DNA of 32,000 nucleotides from Aliivibrio fischeri ES114 (GTDB lineage Bacteria; Pseudomonadota; Gammaproteobacteria; Enterobacterales; Vibrionaceae): assembly GCF_000011805.1 (NCBI RefSeq), contig NC_006842.1; one strand, 5' to 3'. The translations under genes and the position numbers were made by a program. Positions 1-9,648 of this stretch are shown piece by piece. How positions within the stretch are numbered: the stretch's first letter is position 1; each line of letters starts with the position of its first letter. The notes under the pieces were generated by a model, which saw only the letters and a program-made list of their open reading frames with translations, was not told where the DNA came from and made no database searches.

Positions 1-97
1 TAAACCAGTTTGTAATGACGAAAAGTTCTGTGTCACCTTGATATCTCAATATCCTGACGAAGAAACAGAAAACAACACCATCTTCTAAAGGCATAAT

Positions 98-364
98 ATG
101 ACTATCCTCAAAGAAAATGAAATTGTGACCATTATCGATGCTGATTACGATGGCTTTTTTAAAGTCATTTCTCCAAAAAACATCACTCAATCGTTAGTGA
201 AAAGCAAAAAATTCATTTTAGTTGCACTGATTGAACCTATTGATATGGATAAATTCAAAGAGTTCTTGTTCAAACAAACGGGCATTGATGCCCGTGATGA
301 TCAAGAAAATGTCCACATATCCATTGAACCACACCGATTACAACTCGCAGAGTCCTTATCTTAA
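98..364 (+). CDS. hypothetical small protein (88 aa), no family recognised
   Basis: ATG at 98 with AAAGG about 8 nt upstream. The stop TAA (362-364) lies in the loop of a terminator hairpin, so this looks like its own transcription unit. No motif recognised. Confidence 0.45.
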   Translation: MTILKENEIVTIIDADYDGFFKVISPKNITQSLVKSKKFILVALIEPIDMDKFKEFLFKQTGIDARDDQENVHISIEPHRLQLAESLS

Positions 365-377
365 GGGCTCTTTTTTT
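349..377 (+). terminator. rho-independent terminator after the 88-aa ORF
   Basis: Stem AGAGTCC (349-355) pairs with GGGCTCT (365-371), 7 bp with one G:U. The loop is 9 nt and is followed by T6 (372-377). Confidence 0.5.
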
Positions 378-399
378 ACATCCAAAAAAGGACATCATC

Positions 400-753
400 A
401 TGAAACGATGGTTATTAGCTTTAAGTATGGCTATGACTTTACAAGCCAACGCAGAAACAATGGCCGTTAATATAGACACATTACAAATGCCAGTTCGTAC
501 CATTTTCCCTGCCAATATCACCCATGTTGAGCAAGCCGTTACATGGCTTATTGAACCCATTGGCTATCGTATTCTTACCGATTACCCTGCACCTGAAAGT
601 GCAAAATTACTGTTAGATAGACCTATCCCGATGGCCGCAAAAATGCACCGTACCATGCCATTAGTCGATGCTATCCAATTACTTATCGGGGAAGAAAACA
701 CCATCATCCTTGATAACGAACATCAACTTATTACGTTCTCACGAGGTAACTAA
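400..753 (+). CDS. pilL: PilL-like (N-terminal-domain type) periplasmic thin-pilus biogenesis protein
   Basis: Signal peptide MKRWLLALSMAMTLQANA|ET. The remainder fits my memory of the conjugative PilL N-domain pattern (FP..V..V..A...L..P.GY.L ... LL.RP.P ... L.DAI.LL.G ... L..D...LI.F). It is the first gene of the pil operon. RBS AAAGGA. Confidence 0.55.
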   Translation: MKRWLLALSMAMTLQANAETMAVNIDTLQMPVRTIFPANITHVEQAVTWLIEPIGYRILTDYPAPESAKLLLDRPIPMAAKMHRTMPLVDAIQLLIGEENTIILDNEHQLITFSRGN

Positions 754-1484
754 TGCGTAAACAACATCTACTTGCTACGTCATTACTGGTGATATTGTCA
801 GGCTGTGCTTCTGAGCCAGAATATCAGGGAGATGGCGAATATTTTGAATTAACCAATCGCCACGTTATTGAACGTGATCTTTCGGTATTTCGCTCTACAA
901 CCGTCATTAATACCAGTAAAGCGGCTGTCGCTCCAATTACTCAACCAACCAACGATTACTATGAAGCCACCATTAGTCAAGGGGAGGCGTATAACTCAGC
1001 CGTTAAACGTTGGTTAAAGGCAGAAGGATACAGCAATATCGCATGGTCACTCAGCGACAATAATCGAGCGATCCTCTCTTCACCATCCACAAGCGAATTA
1101 ATCTTTTCAGGCAGTTTAAAACAAGCTCTTGTTGAATTATCAGAGCATTTGCACATGCCAATTAACCTTATCGTCGATGAAAAGGCAAAAGTGGCAGGTA
1201 TTTATGATTTTAATGACGATGTGCGCATTACTCATGTTCAAGGCGATTCGTTACGCCAAGTAACCAAACATTTAATTGAAAACTACGGTTTACGTTGGAA
1301 CGACACCGAAGACAGTGCACGCAGTTGGCTTGTTGATACTAACTACCAGTTCAGCGCAGATTATTACATCATCACTCAATACGATGACATCTCCACAGCA
1401 TTAGAAACTGTGCTTGAGGGTTATCCCGTTTACTCCGAAATTCTTGAGTCCACAGGACAAGTATTCATTCAAGAGGAATTATAA
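753..1484 (+). CDS. pilus-associated lipoprotein with TcpQ/PilL-C-like region
   Basis: Lipobox VILSGC|AS. The segment AVKRWLKAEGYSNIAWSL...FSGSLKQALVELSE resembles the TcpQ-type domain found C-terminally in R64-type PilL. TAATG 1-nt overlaps with both neighbouring genes. Confidence 0.5.
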   Translation: MRKQHLLATSLLVILSGCASEPEYQGDGEYFELTNRHVIERDLSVFRSTTVINTSKAAVAPITQPTNDYYEATISQGEAYNSAVKRWLKAEGYSNIAWSLSDNNRAILSSPSTSELIFSGSLKQALVELSEHLHMPINLIVDEKAKVAGIYDFNDDVRITHVQGDSLRQVTKHLIENYGLRWNDTEDSARSWLVDTNYQFSADYYIITQYDDISTALETVLEGYPVYSEILESTGQVFIQEEL

Positions 1485-2923
1485 TGCGTAAGTTCTTATA
1501 CGGCTCACTGGCTCTGCTTATGTTATCTGGCTGTGCCTCTCAAGAGTTTAAAGATAACCTCGCGTTTAACGACGCAATACATCAAAGCATCGGGGAGCAA
1601 TCAAACTCGAAGTTGTATAAAAAAGTCAATTTCATTACAAAACCACCTATGGTTGTTACACCAATAGTGGAAAATGTGGATATGGAATGGCTAAAAAAAC
1701 CAAGTAATGTGAACGCCATTGAATTACCACTCTCAGTGGTTCTTGAGCAATTAATGAGTGATGTCAATATCCCGATTTATTTCTCAAAAGACGTTCAACC
1801 AAGTACACCTATCACATTAAATTTTTCATCTTCTCGTCAAGATGTTTTAAATTCACTGTCTAAAGAATCAGGATATGGCATTGAATATAAAAACAACCGA
1901 TTAGAAATATCAAAGTACATTACTCGCGTATTCACGCTTAACATGCCATCAGGAACCATGTCAGGGCAATTAGGCTCACAAGGACAATCGTCCAGTGAAG
2001 ACAGTGCTCGCATTGAAGGGCAATATTTAAATGTTGAATATAAAGATGTACAAATCGTTGATGAAATTGCAGCAAGCTTAGAAAAAGTGCTTGGCGGTGA
2101 TGACATCGCTAAAAAGTCTATCTCGGTATCTCCTGCCTTATCGAGCGTGACCGTCACCGCAACGATTGACCAAATGCAAGACATCGAGTACGTCATTGAC
2201 CATTACAAAAAAGAGTTATCAAAACAAGTCATTCTTGACATCCAAATGATTGAGTTTCGCTCAAATCTTGGAACAGAGCATAGTATCGATTGGAATATCG
2301 TAAAAGATACAGGCAACGGCTTACTTCAATTTTTTGTTCCTGGTACTACAACCATTTCTCAAGGTGCTGGCTATGGTCTTGCCTTCACAGGTAAAGGAAA
2401 ATGGACAGGCACAGAGTCTTTTATCAGAGTACTTGAGCAACAAGGTAGCGTATCAACACAAACCCCAATAACAGCAATGATTTTGAACAATCAGCCTGCA
2501 AAAATTACTCAACAAAATGTCATTCCTTACATTTATGAAGCATCAAGCGAAAGCAGCGAAGGCGTAATAAGTGCCAGTGTGACACGTAAAACAGAAGTTG
2601 AAGGGGTTGATATGATGGTGAACTCCATCATTCAAGATGAATACGTTTCTTTACGCATTTCAGGACAACTGCAAAAGATTTTTAACCGCTCAACGGAAAA
2701 AGTCGGTGATGTGAATCTTGGCATGTTAAGCACACAAAAATCTGAAATCACGTTCGCAAACAAATTGCGTTACGGCCAAACCTTCGTCATTGCCTCAGTA
2801 AAACAAACCTCAAAAACTGCGGAGCAAACAAAAAGTTTTTGGACGGAATTATTTGGGGGCACAGGAACCCGTAATGATACCGTTGAAACACTTGTGTTAC
2901 TGACTCCACGCAAAGGCTACTAA
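1484..2923 (+). CDS. pilN: PilN-type outer-membrane secretin lipoprotein (type IVb pilus)
   Basis: Lipobox LMLSGC|AS, 479 aa. The C-terminal half looks secretin-like (QVILDIQMIEF...TQTPITAMILNNQPAKI...VLLTPR). Its position before pilO/P/Q matches the R64 order. Confidence 0.8.
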   Translation: MRKFLYGSLALLMLSGCASQEFKDNLAFNDAIHQSIGEQSNSKLYKKVNFITKPPMVVTPIVENVDMEWLKKPSNVNAIELPLSVVLEQLMSDVNIPIYFSKDVQPSTPITLNFSSSRQDVLNSLSKESGYGIEYKNNRLEISKYITRVFTLNMPSGTMSGQLGSQGQSSSEDSARIEGQYLNVEYKDVQIVDEIAASLEKVLGGDDIAKKSISVSPALSSVTVTATIDQMQDIEYVIDHYKKELSKQVILDIQMIEFRSNLGTEHSIDWNIVKDTGNGLLQFFVPGTTTISQGAGYGLAFTGKGKWTGTESFIRVLEQQGSVSTQTPITAMILNNQPAKITQQNVIPYIYEASSESSEGVISASVTRKTEVEGVDMMVNSIIQDEYVSLRISGQLQKIFNRSTEKVGDVNLGMLSTQKSEITFANKLRYGQTFVIASVKQTSKTAEQTKSFWTELFGGTGTRNDTVETLVLLTPRKGY

Positions 2924-2931
2924 GGAATTTT

Positions 2932-4056
2932 ATGTCAACTCTTTCTTTAGCGACGTTCGTCATTCTGCCATCAGAAAAAGAACTCAAACGACATAGGAAA
3001 TTATATCCTAGTCAATTTGAGCGTATTGTTGAAAATGGCGCCATGCTTCGACGTTATTACTCAATGACTCCTGCTGTACTCTATGGGGAATTTATCAAGC
3101 AACACATTCAACCTCAAAACGACTTCGGTCGTTTTGTTTATATTGAACGCTTAGATGATGAATCCTCTTGGTACGGTGCTGCATTTGAAGACGGTCAATT
3201 ACTGCATGAATACGTTGAATCATTTGAACAACTCATGCAAAACCTTGCTTATGATTGCCATCTGGCCACACATATTTTCACCCCGACAATCTTTGATTCT
3301 ATTTACTCACACAAATTGTCTGTTATTGAAAAGCTAACCGCTTCTCAAGAAACGTATCAATTAGAGCGAATCAATGAGCATCACGCCGAAAAAATCATGG
3401 GAGGATTGATTTTAATCGTGTTGGCACTGTTTATTTCTCTGTACTTATTCATGCCAAAACAAGAGCAACCTGTGAGCTCGAATGAGCCAATCATTGATCC
3501 AACCGCTCAATTTATTCAAAGCTACAACGATAAATTGATTGCATCAAACGTATTAACCAACGCCATTCACTTATTAACAGAAACAGCCTTACTTCCAACA
3601 CCAATGAAAAGTGATGCTGTCACGTTAAGTGGCAATACCTTAATCGCAACGTTAGATAAAAGCACCGTCAACGAGCAAACATGGAAACAGTGGCGAAGCA
3701 ATGACACCACTCTTAACGCTTTATATGTTGAAGCAACAAAAGCATTTACCTTTCCCATTACAAGCATGGCGAAATGGCAACCTTTTGATGTAACGCATTA
3801 TCTTCCAGCGTTTCTTGATGCGCTGAAATTGTTGAATATCACCGTAACAAACCAACAATCCATTCCGCATGGTGACATTACCACTCACTCAATGCTGCTC
3901 ACAATGAAGGGGGAAATAAGCAAAGCCCTGATTTTAAGTGAGCTCATTGATAATCCAGCAATCACAACTAACGCACTAACGTTAACTCGTACTTCAACCG
4001 ATGAAGTTTCATTAACTCTGTCTCTTTCTATACACGGGATCACTTATGGAAACTAA
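2932..4056 (+). CDS. pilO: PilO-like bitopic inner-membrane pilus biogenesis protein
   Basis: 374 aa with a single central TM (GGLILIVLALFISLYLFM) and RBS AAGGA. The assignment is mainly positional (between pilN and pilP). Confidence 0.5.
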   Translation: MSTLSLATFVILPSEKELKRHRKLYPSQFERIVENGAMLRRYYSMTPAVLYGEFIKQHIQPQNDFGRFVYIERLDDESSWYGAAFEDGQLLHEYVESFEQLMQNLAYDCHLATHIFTPTIFDSIYSHKLSVIEKLTASQETYQLERINEHHAEKIMGGLILIVLALFISLYLFMPKQEQPVSSNEPIIDPTAQFIQSYNDKLIASNVLTNAIHLLTETALLPTPMKSDAVTLSGNTLIATLDKSTVNEQTWKQWRSNDTTLNALYVEATKAFTFPITSMAKWQPFDVTHYLPAFLDALKLLNITVTNQQSIPHGDITTHSMLLTMKGEISKALILSELIDNPAITTNALTLTRTSTDEVSLTLSLSIHGITYGN

Positions 4057-4684
4057 GAAAAAAATAACTCTAGGTATTGGCGGTGTCGTCATCATATTGA
4101 TGGGTTCATCAATTGTGATGGATATGTTCAGCAAGCCAACCACGCGAACCGCTCCTGTTACCCCAAAAGCCGTAGTAAGTAACACATCTTCATTTGCGCC
4201 TGAGTCCATTGAAGTAAAAACGGTTCAACCGATTATTCTTGAGCTATCAGATAATGCCAACACGTTATTGAATGCGTTAGATTCAACGTACTTAAGCACC
4301 GTTAATACTCAAGCAAGTGAAGCCAAAATCAAAGAGCTCGAAAAACAAAAGCAACTCGACGATCTTGTGTTTGAGCTCACTTATGGTGAACGCGATGACC
4401 CCGAACCTGAGAAAAACTACTACGTGCAACCTGTAAAAACGGCACCGTCCATTATTGACCGTCTACAAGTAAACAGCATCATTAATGATACGGCTTTTAT
4501 TGATGTGTCTGGTCAAGTTATTCCCGTTAAAAAAGGGGATAACGTTGAAGATGCAAAAATCACTCGCATCACCAAAAACACGGTTGTACTGACTCGTAAC
4601 AATCAGTCATTTACAAAATACATTAAAGCTGCACCAATCAAAGTAGCGATTAAAAAGGAAAGCGAGGATGTTAGATCACAATAA
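4046..4684 (+). CDS. pilP: PilP-like pilus biogenesis protein
   Basis: N-terminal TM (LGIGGVVIILMGSSIV). The C-terminal beta-rich segment (VSGQVIPVKKGDNVEDAKITRITKNTVVLTRNNQ) is typical of PilP-family secretin-docking domains. Overlaps pilO by 11 nt and pilQ by 17 nt. Confidence 0.55.
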   Translation: METKKKITLGIGGVVIILMGSSIVMDMFSKPTTRTAPVTPKAVVSNTSSFAPESIEVKTVQPIILELSDNANTLLNALDSTYLSTVNTQASEAKIKELEKQKQLDDLVFELTYGERDDPEPEKNYYVQPVKTAPSIIDRLQVNSIINDTAFIDVSGQVIPVKKGDNVEDAKITRITKNTVVLTRNNQSFTKYIKAAPIKVAIKKESEDVRSQ

Positions 4685-6221
4685 CATCATCCAATCGGAT
4701 GAATTGAAATCCATCTACTTCTTACATCAAGATACGGTAATTACGCACAACGGTGAAATCTTCACCTGTGATTTTGAAAGTCCATCTGTTGATAAAATTG
4801 ATGCATTAATAAAAAAACACCCTGAACTATTGACCGATCCTTTCCGCTCAATAACCGTCAAAAAAATAGAACGTACCGCAATTACTCACATCATTGAAGA
4901 TATGTCGAGCTCAACTCACCATTCTTTAATCGATCATGAGTCCCTCAATGCAGTCGCTGAACGTGCCGTTGAGATATTACAAAATTCAGCAATGCGTGAA
5001 GTGTCCGACATTCACATCGAGTTATACGCGAAACAAACCCGAATTGAAGGCCGAATTGATGGAAGAATGGTGGCATTACAGCCTCCTGTTCCTGAGCACG
5101 AATATGGGAAGTTGTTGTTTGGCTATCTATTTAATGAGCTGGCCGTTGATAAAGACGATGATTTTTATCAAAACAAAATAAACAACGGACGAATTGAAAT
5201 TGATCTCAATACCCCCGATGGATTACGCGAAACGCTTTGGCGAATTGGTTACATTCCAGCCAAAGACAATGGCGGTCAAGCGACACTTAGATGGCTAAAC
5301 AAAAATGAATCAGTTCCCCTACTAGATAACATTGGTTGGGAGACTGGACACGTAAAAATCATGCGTGACTTTTCAAATAGTGCCTCTGGTATTTGTATCC
5401 TTGCTGGACAAACAGGCTCAGGTAAAACTACCACCATTGCCAGTATCATCAATGAGTTAAAAGGAAAAGGCCGATCAATTAACACCTTAGAAGATCCTGT
5501 GGAATTTGACTTGGGAGTTATGCAGTCATCCGTCGTTAGTCAAAACGATGATGAAGATCTGATGTTTAAATACGCGAAAGCCTTACTTCGTCACGATGTA
5601 GACATCGAATCTCACGGTGAAATGCGAGATATGAAAGATGCGATGAACGTTTGTCGTAAAGGGGAAACGGGGCAGATCATGTTTACCACCATGCACACCT
5701 CGTCAGCCATTGGTATTGGACATACATTAAATGAGCAAATGCACGTACCTAGTGCCTTAATTGCTGCACCGAACTTAATGAAGTTATGGATTTACCAAAC
5801 CCTTGTTCGTACTTTATGCCCTCACTGCAACTTATCTCTTGATGACGTTACCCCTCATTTAAATAACGATCAAAAAGAAAAATTAGATAAGTGGCTCACC
5901 GAACGTGACGACCATGTGTTGAAAGCCAATATGCGATTCAAAAATCCATCAGGCTGTGAGCATTGTAACGAAGGTGAAAAAGGCCGAACTACCTTGGTTG
6001 AAATGATCGTTCTGGATGATGAAGACCGTTTATTTATTTCAAATAAAGATTATCTAGGTTGGTCAAAATCCTTATTAAAAAAAGGATTTAAACCAATAAG
6101 TGAACATGCCGCATTGAAAATCAAACGAGGTCAAGTTGATTTATTTACGGCAAATGAGCGAGTCAATGGATTGCTGACGAATAATTCAACCGATGTGTAT
6201 CAACAACTGTGGGATGAATGA
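4668..6221 (+). CDS. pilQ: PilQ, GspE/PilB-family pilus assembly ATPase
   Basis: Walker A GQTGSGKTT, Asp box TLEDPVEF, Walker B region HDVDIESHGEMRD, His box MFTTMHTSSA and a tetracysteine CPHC...CEHC. RBS AAGGAA 7 nt upstream. Confidence 0.9.
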   Translation: MLDHNNIIQSDELKSIYFLHQDTVITHNGEIFTCDFESPSVDKIDALIKKHPELLTDPFRSITVKKIERTAITHIIEDMSSSTHHSLIDHESLNAVAERAVEILQNSAMREVSDIHIELYAKQTRIEGRIDGRMVALQPPVPEHEYGKLLFGYLFNELAVDKDDDFYQNKINNGRIEIDLNTPDGLRETLWRIGYIPAKDNGGQATLRWLNKNESVPLLDNIGWETGHVKIMRDFSNSASGICILAGQTGSGKTTTIASIINELKGKGRSINTLEDPVEFDLGVMQSSVVSQNDDEDLMFKYAKALLRHDVDIESHGEMRDMKDAMNVCRKGETGQIMFTTMHTSSAIGIGHTLNEQMHVPSALIAAPNLMKLWIYQTLVRTLCPHCNLSLDDVTPHLNNDQKEKLDKWLTERDDHVLKANMRFKNPSGCEHCNEGEKGRTTLVEMIVLDDEDRLFISNKDYLGWSKSLLKKGFKPISEHAALKIKRGQVDLFTANERVNGLLTNNSTDVYQQLWDE

Positions 6222-7237
6222 TGGCTAAATCAATACCAAAATTAAAGCAAGTCGCTTTACTGGAGAAAATCGCTCAGCTATCAAAAGCGGGTATCCATCA
6301 ACGTAATATTGCAGTGCAACTCAGTAAATACGGGCATGGTGTTGAAAAAGAAATAGGTCAATCATGCCTTGATGCGATTGGCTCTGGACAATCTTTTTCT
6401 CATGGATTAGAGCACTGGATAAGCATAAACGCTTATCAAAGCTTATCCAGTGGGGAAGCGGTTGGTGAGTTCGTTCGCGGTGTACAAGAGGCGATTGAAG
6501 CACTTAATGTTGATGAAGCCAGTACTGGCGCATTATTCAAAGTACTCATTAAACCCATTGGAGGGTTAGGAGCCATACTCGGTATCAGTGCCCTACTCTC
6601 TAAATACGCTTACCCTTCATTATTAAAACAATTACCTATCCATCGTTGGGGCGGATTATCCCAATTCTCTTACGATTTTGGTTTATTTTGGCTCAACTAC
6701 GGTGTTGTGGTCATTGTTTTAACTATTGGCTTAATAGGGTTTGTTGCTCTTACCATTTCAAAAAACGGTAACTATCGAAAAGCATTCGATAACTTGCCTT
6801 TCTATAAACAATATCGACTGATACAAAGCGCGAACTTGCTTTCGTCTATTGCTCACCAAACCTTGGTTGGCAAGAGTTTGAAAAAATCACTATTGCACTA
6901 CCAAAAATCAAGCTCTGCGTATTTATCGGCTCATATTCAAACCATGCTAAACACGTTAGGAGGAGGTAAATCCAACGTAGGTGATATTTTTAACTCAGGT
7001 CTACTTCTTGATGAAGAGCACAGCACCTTAGTACTCCTTGGTGAAATAGGAAAAACACCAGAAACCTTGTACAAAAGCGCGCTCATTCATCGTGCAAAAT
7101 TACTTACTGACGTTAATCGTCTAAAAACATGGGGCGACAACATCATCAAAATTGGCGTAGGGCTTATTGCTTTCGTTGTTATTGGTGGTCTTCTTAGCCT
7201 TATCTTCAACATTGCCATGAATCAAGGGGCATTTTAA
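6218..7237 (+). CDS. pilR: PilR, GspF/PilC-like inner-membrane platform protein
   Basis: 339 aa with polytopic hydrophobic segments (around residues 105-125, 160-180, 310-330). ATGA overlap with pilQ. Position matches R64 pilR. Confidence 0.75.
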   Translation: MMAKSIPKLKQVALLEKIAQLSKAGIHQRNIAVQLSKYGHGVEKEIGQSCLDAIGSGQSFSHGLEHWISINAYQSLSSGEAVGEFVRGVQEAIEALNVDEASTGALFKVLIKPIGGLGAILGISALLSKYAYPSLLKQLPIHRWGGLSQFSYDFGLFWLNYGVVVIVLTIGLIGFVALTISKNGNYRKAFDNLPFYKQYRLIQSANLLSSIAHQTLVGKSLKKSLLHYQKSSSAYLSAHIQTMLNTLGGGKSNVGDIFNSGLLLDEEHSTLVLLGEIGKTPETLYKSALIHRAKLLTDVNRLKTWGDNIIKIGVGLIAFVVIGGLLSLIFNIAMNQGAF

Positions 7238-7732
7238 ATGACAACTTTTTCAACTGCTAAAAAACGTAATAAAAAACAACTTGGTGCTTTAAGTATCGAT
7301 GGAATGATTTACACCAGTGCCATTATTATCAGCGTACTGTTTGTTATGTCTAAAGGACCAGCACTTTGGTATAAAATTAACACCGCAAGATTTTCAGCTC
7401 AAGCCTCTGAAATTGTTCAAGCAACTCAAGGGCGAGCAAACCTAGCAACCTTAACCATTGCAAAACTGTGTGCTCGTGATGCACTAGATAAAGGCATTTG
7501 TGGTACAGCAAATGACGGTCGTGGTACGAACCCATTTGGTGGCGATTGGATTTTATCGGGTAATGCTAGCTCTTCTGCACTTATTGATTTAACCGCTACG
7601 CTACCAAATGATCAAAACAGAGTATTAGATCTTGCGGACTTAATGGCACCAACAACTCGTTCTGGATGTACCGAAGCAACAGGCTGTTCAACCATTAAAA
7701 CAACCGCAGACTCTGTTGTAATGACTTACTAA
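7238..7732 (+). CDS. pilS: PilS-like type IVb major prepilin
   Basis: Basic leader ending KKQLG|ALSID with an acidic residue at +5, then a hydrophobic helix (MIYTSAIIISVLFVM). Four Cys in the C-terminal half. 164 aa. Confidence 0.7.
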   Translation: MTTFSTAKKRNKKQLGALSIDGMIYTSAIIISVLFVMSKGPALWYKINTARFSAQASEIVQATQGRANLATLTIAKLCARDALDKGICGTANDGRGTNPFGGDWILSGNASSSALIDLTATLPNDQNRVLDLADLMAPTTRSGCTEATGCSTIKTTADSVVMTY

Positions 7733-7734
7733 TC

Positions 7735-8214
7735 ATGCGTCACCAACGCGGATCATTTAGCGTTGGATTACTTCAATACCTTTCAATATCCCTCATTATT
7801 CTGGTGTTCTTCACTAGCTCATTACTTAATGTCTTGTCTGATATGCGCCTTGCAAAAGAGATTCATGTATCAGTTCAAGAAATAAGGCAAAAAAGCGCGT
7901 TGCACTACGCAAACCAAGTATTGCAAAGTCGCTGTTTGCCTCAAACCACATTAACAATGGCGTTAATTGGAATACCAGATAATGACGGGTTGGCTAAGTA
8001 TGATGTTAAGTACATTCAACGAGCGCAACCCAATAGCGCACCCTCTGGAATAGAGATCCGTGCAACCTTACACGATAAAGAAATGGTTGAACGTGTTGCA
8101 CGATTGCTATCCCCAACTCAACAAAACAACGACACCTTTATTTTTCATTTTCCATTAAGAAATCAGTTACATGATTGGCAACAATTAAATGTAAATAACG
8201 GGTGTATCAAATAA
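7735..8214 (+). CDS. prepilin-like protein (putative minor pilin)
   Basis: Leader MRHQRG|S followed by a hydrophobic helix (LSISLIILVFFTSSLL). Cys67 and Cys157 could form a pilin D-region disulfide. No SLT or peptidase motif despite occupying the R64 pilT/pilU position. Confidence 0.45.
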   Translation: MRHQRGSFSVGLLQYLSISLIILVFFTSSLLNVLSDMRLAKEIHVSVQEIRQKSALHYANQVLQSRCLPQTTLTMALIGIPDNDGLAKYDVKYIQRAQPNSAPSGIEIRATLHDKEMVERVARLLSPTQQNNDTFIFHFPLRNQLHDWQQLNVNNGCIK

Positions 8215-8224
8215 GGAAACCAAA

Positions 8225-9181
8225 TTGAAAAAACAACGAGGCTTTGCTTCCATTGTTTCGTTACTTATTGTTACTGCCGCTTTAATCATTGGTATTCAAC
8301 AATGGTCTGCGTACAAAACAAAGCAACGCATCATAGCAACCAGTGAATCTTTTTATAACCGTGTGTTATTTATCAATGAACAATTTCATGCGTTCGCCCA
8401 CGATAAATACTTATCTGGTGTAGGCATTAACACACAACATATTTTCCCATTCAAATTTATCGACTTAGAAGGAGATTATCTACCTACATGCTCAAATGAA
8501 GACAATCAGAAAGGGTACTGTTTTAAATACAATCAAACGCCTTGGGGGGAAATAGCAGAGAAAGATTACGTTGTTGTTCCCGTTCCTAATGCTATTAGTC
8601 CTACCCACTATCGAGCTGAACTTACGCTGACATTGCCTGATAAAAACAATGATGCATTGAAGTTTGATAGAGAGGCCACGATCCAATTATTCGCTCAACT
8701 TCCTAACATCACTTATGACGAGGTAAAAAACCAAATTGTTTTACGTATTGAACGTCCAGATAAAGCACTGGCTTATGATTCATTAGTAAAACGAAGCGGT
8801 GATGATTCAACGTTATTAGGCGATTGGGATACAGGAGGCAACCACGCCATAACCAACGCAAAAGACTACACAATCAGAAATAGCGACGGGAGTCAGCAAT
8901 TAGTCAGTACAGGGTTAGTCAAAATCTTTCAGGTTAAACACGGGGATTTTATAGATAAACCCAAATGTCCTGAGAACCAGCAACCCGATCTAACTTTAAG
9001 TCTTCACACTGTCATTATCTCCAACAAATACACCTTAACAGGCAGTATTAAGCCTTTCAGGTTGTCAGAAACCGCCACCCAATGGCAAGCAGGACTACAA
9101 GTTAGAGTAGTTCTAAATTCAACAGGTAAAGCAGACAAAATAACCACTGGAATTATGACTGCTTTTGTTCAATGTAAATAA
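8225..9181 (+). CDS. pilV: PilV-like prepilin-type tip/adhesin protein
   Basis: TTG start with RBS AAGGAAAC upstream. Leader MKKQRG|FASIV plus hydrophobic helix (SLLIVTAALIIG). 318 aa, last pilin-like gene as in R64. No shufflon repeats are seen at its 3' end. Confidence 0.6.
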   Translation: MKKQRGFASIVSLLIVTAALIIGIQQWSAYKTKQRIIATSESFYNRVLFINEQFHAFAHDKYLSGVGINTQHIFPFKFIDLEGDYLPTCSNEDNQKGYCFKYNQTPWGEIAEKDYVVVPVPNAISPTHYRAELTLTLPDKNNDALKFDREATIQLFAQLPNITYDEVKNQIVLRIERPDKALAYDSLVKRSGDDSTLLGDWDTGGNHAITNAKDYTIRNSDGSQQLVSTGLVKIFQVKHGDFIDKPKCPENQQPDLTLSLHTVIISNKYTLTGSIKPFRLSETATQWQAGLQVRVVLNSTGKADKITTGIMTAFVQCK

Positions 9182-9194
9182 AAAAGGAAAGACC

Positions 9195-9617
9195 ATGAAA
9201 ATGAAGAAAACACTCTTAGCTACCGTATTATTCGGATGCGTATTAAGCGGCTCAGTATTTGCGGAAAAAGTAACGTATGACAAAGCCGTTGCCGATGCAC
9301 AAGCTTACCACGACTCATTACCTCAGTATGAAAACGCTATTGAGGGTTTAGGGCCAGATGAAACGGGTAGCACAACCGCTGGTGCAAACCAGATGGGGAA
9401 ATGGGTAAATCTTGGTGCATCCAGCATAAAAAGCGCGGGAGCTTATACCACTATGCTTGCACCTAGTGCCATTGGTAAATCCTGTATAAAAGGGGACAGA
9501 GGATGGATCTCCAAAACACGCGAAGAATGTATTATTTTTAATGGTGGTAGCACATCATGTAGAAAATACCGAACGGAGCTAGACGCTGAAAACGGTTACA
9601 AAGCGGAATGCCGCTAA
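9195..9617 (+). CDS. secreted 4-Cys protein, last gene of the pil operon
   Basis: I prefer ATG 9195 (RBS AAGGAAAG at 9184-9191) to the ORF-track start at 9165. Signal peptide MKMKKTLLATVLFGCVLSGSVFA|EK (an atypical LFGC lipobox is also possible). Followed at once by a strong terminator. Confidence 0.5.
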   Translation: MKMKKTLLATVLFGCVLSGSVFAEKVTYDKAVADAQAYHDSLPQYENAIEGLGPDETGSTTAGANQMGKWVNLGASSIKSAGAYTTMLAPSAIGKSCIKGDRGWISKTREECIIFNGGSTSCRKYRTELDAENGYKAECR

Positions 9618-9624
9618 TAACTAA

Positions 9625-9648
9625 TAGTTAATTTAAGGAGGAGTTACT
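9625..9648 (+). terminator. rho-independent terminator ending the pil operon
   Basis: Perfect 9-bp stem AAGGAGGAG (9625-9633) / CTCCTCCTT (9637-9645) with loop TTA, then TTT. Confidence 0.75.

Noticed and set aside
48-57. TATCCTG at 50-56 (CAATATCCTG|A), resembling the MOBP nic core YATCCTG|Y of RP4, R64 and T-DNA borders, at the window edge.
   Set aside because: By eye ATCCTG occurs at least seven times on the + strand (also near 5493, 11585, 16424, 18433, 20752 and 30473), so a single hit is expected by chance. No flanking inverted repeat is visible, the base after the putative nick is A rather than a pyrimidine, and the site lies in a frame open from the window start (2-88).
2-88. Open frame from the window edge to TAA at 86-88 (…KPVCNDEKFCVTLISQYPDEETENNTIF*), possibly the 3' end of an upstream gene.
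   Set aside because: Only 28 codons are visible and there is no motif, so it cannot be distinguished from non-coding sequence.
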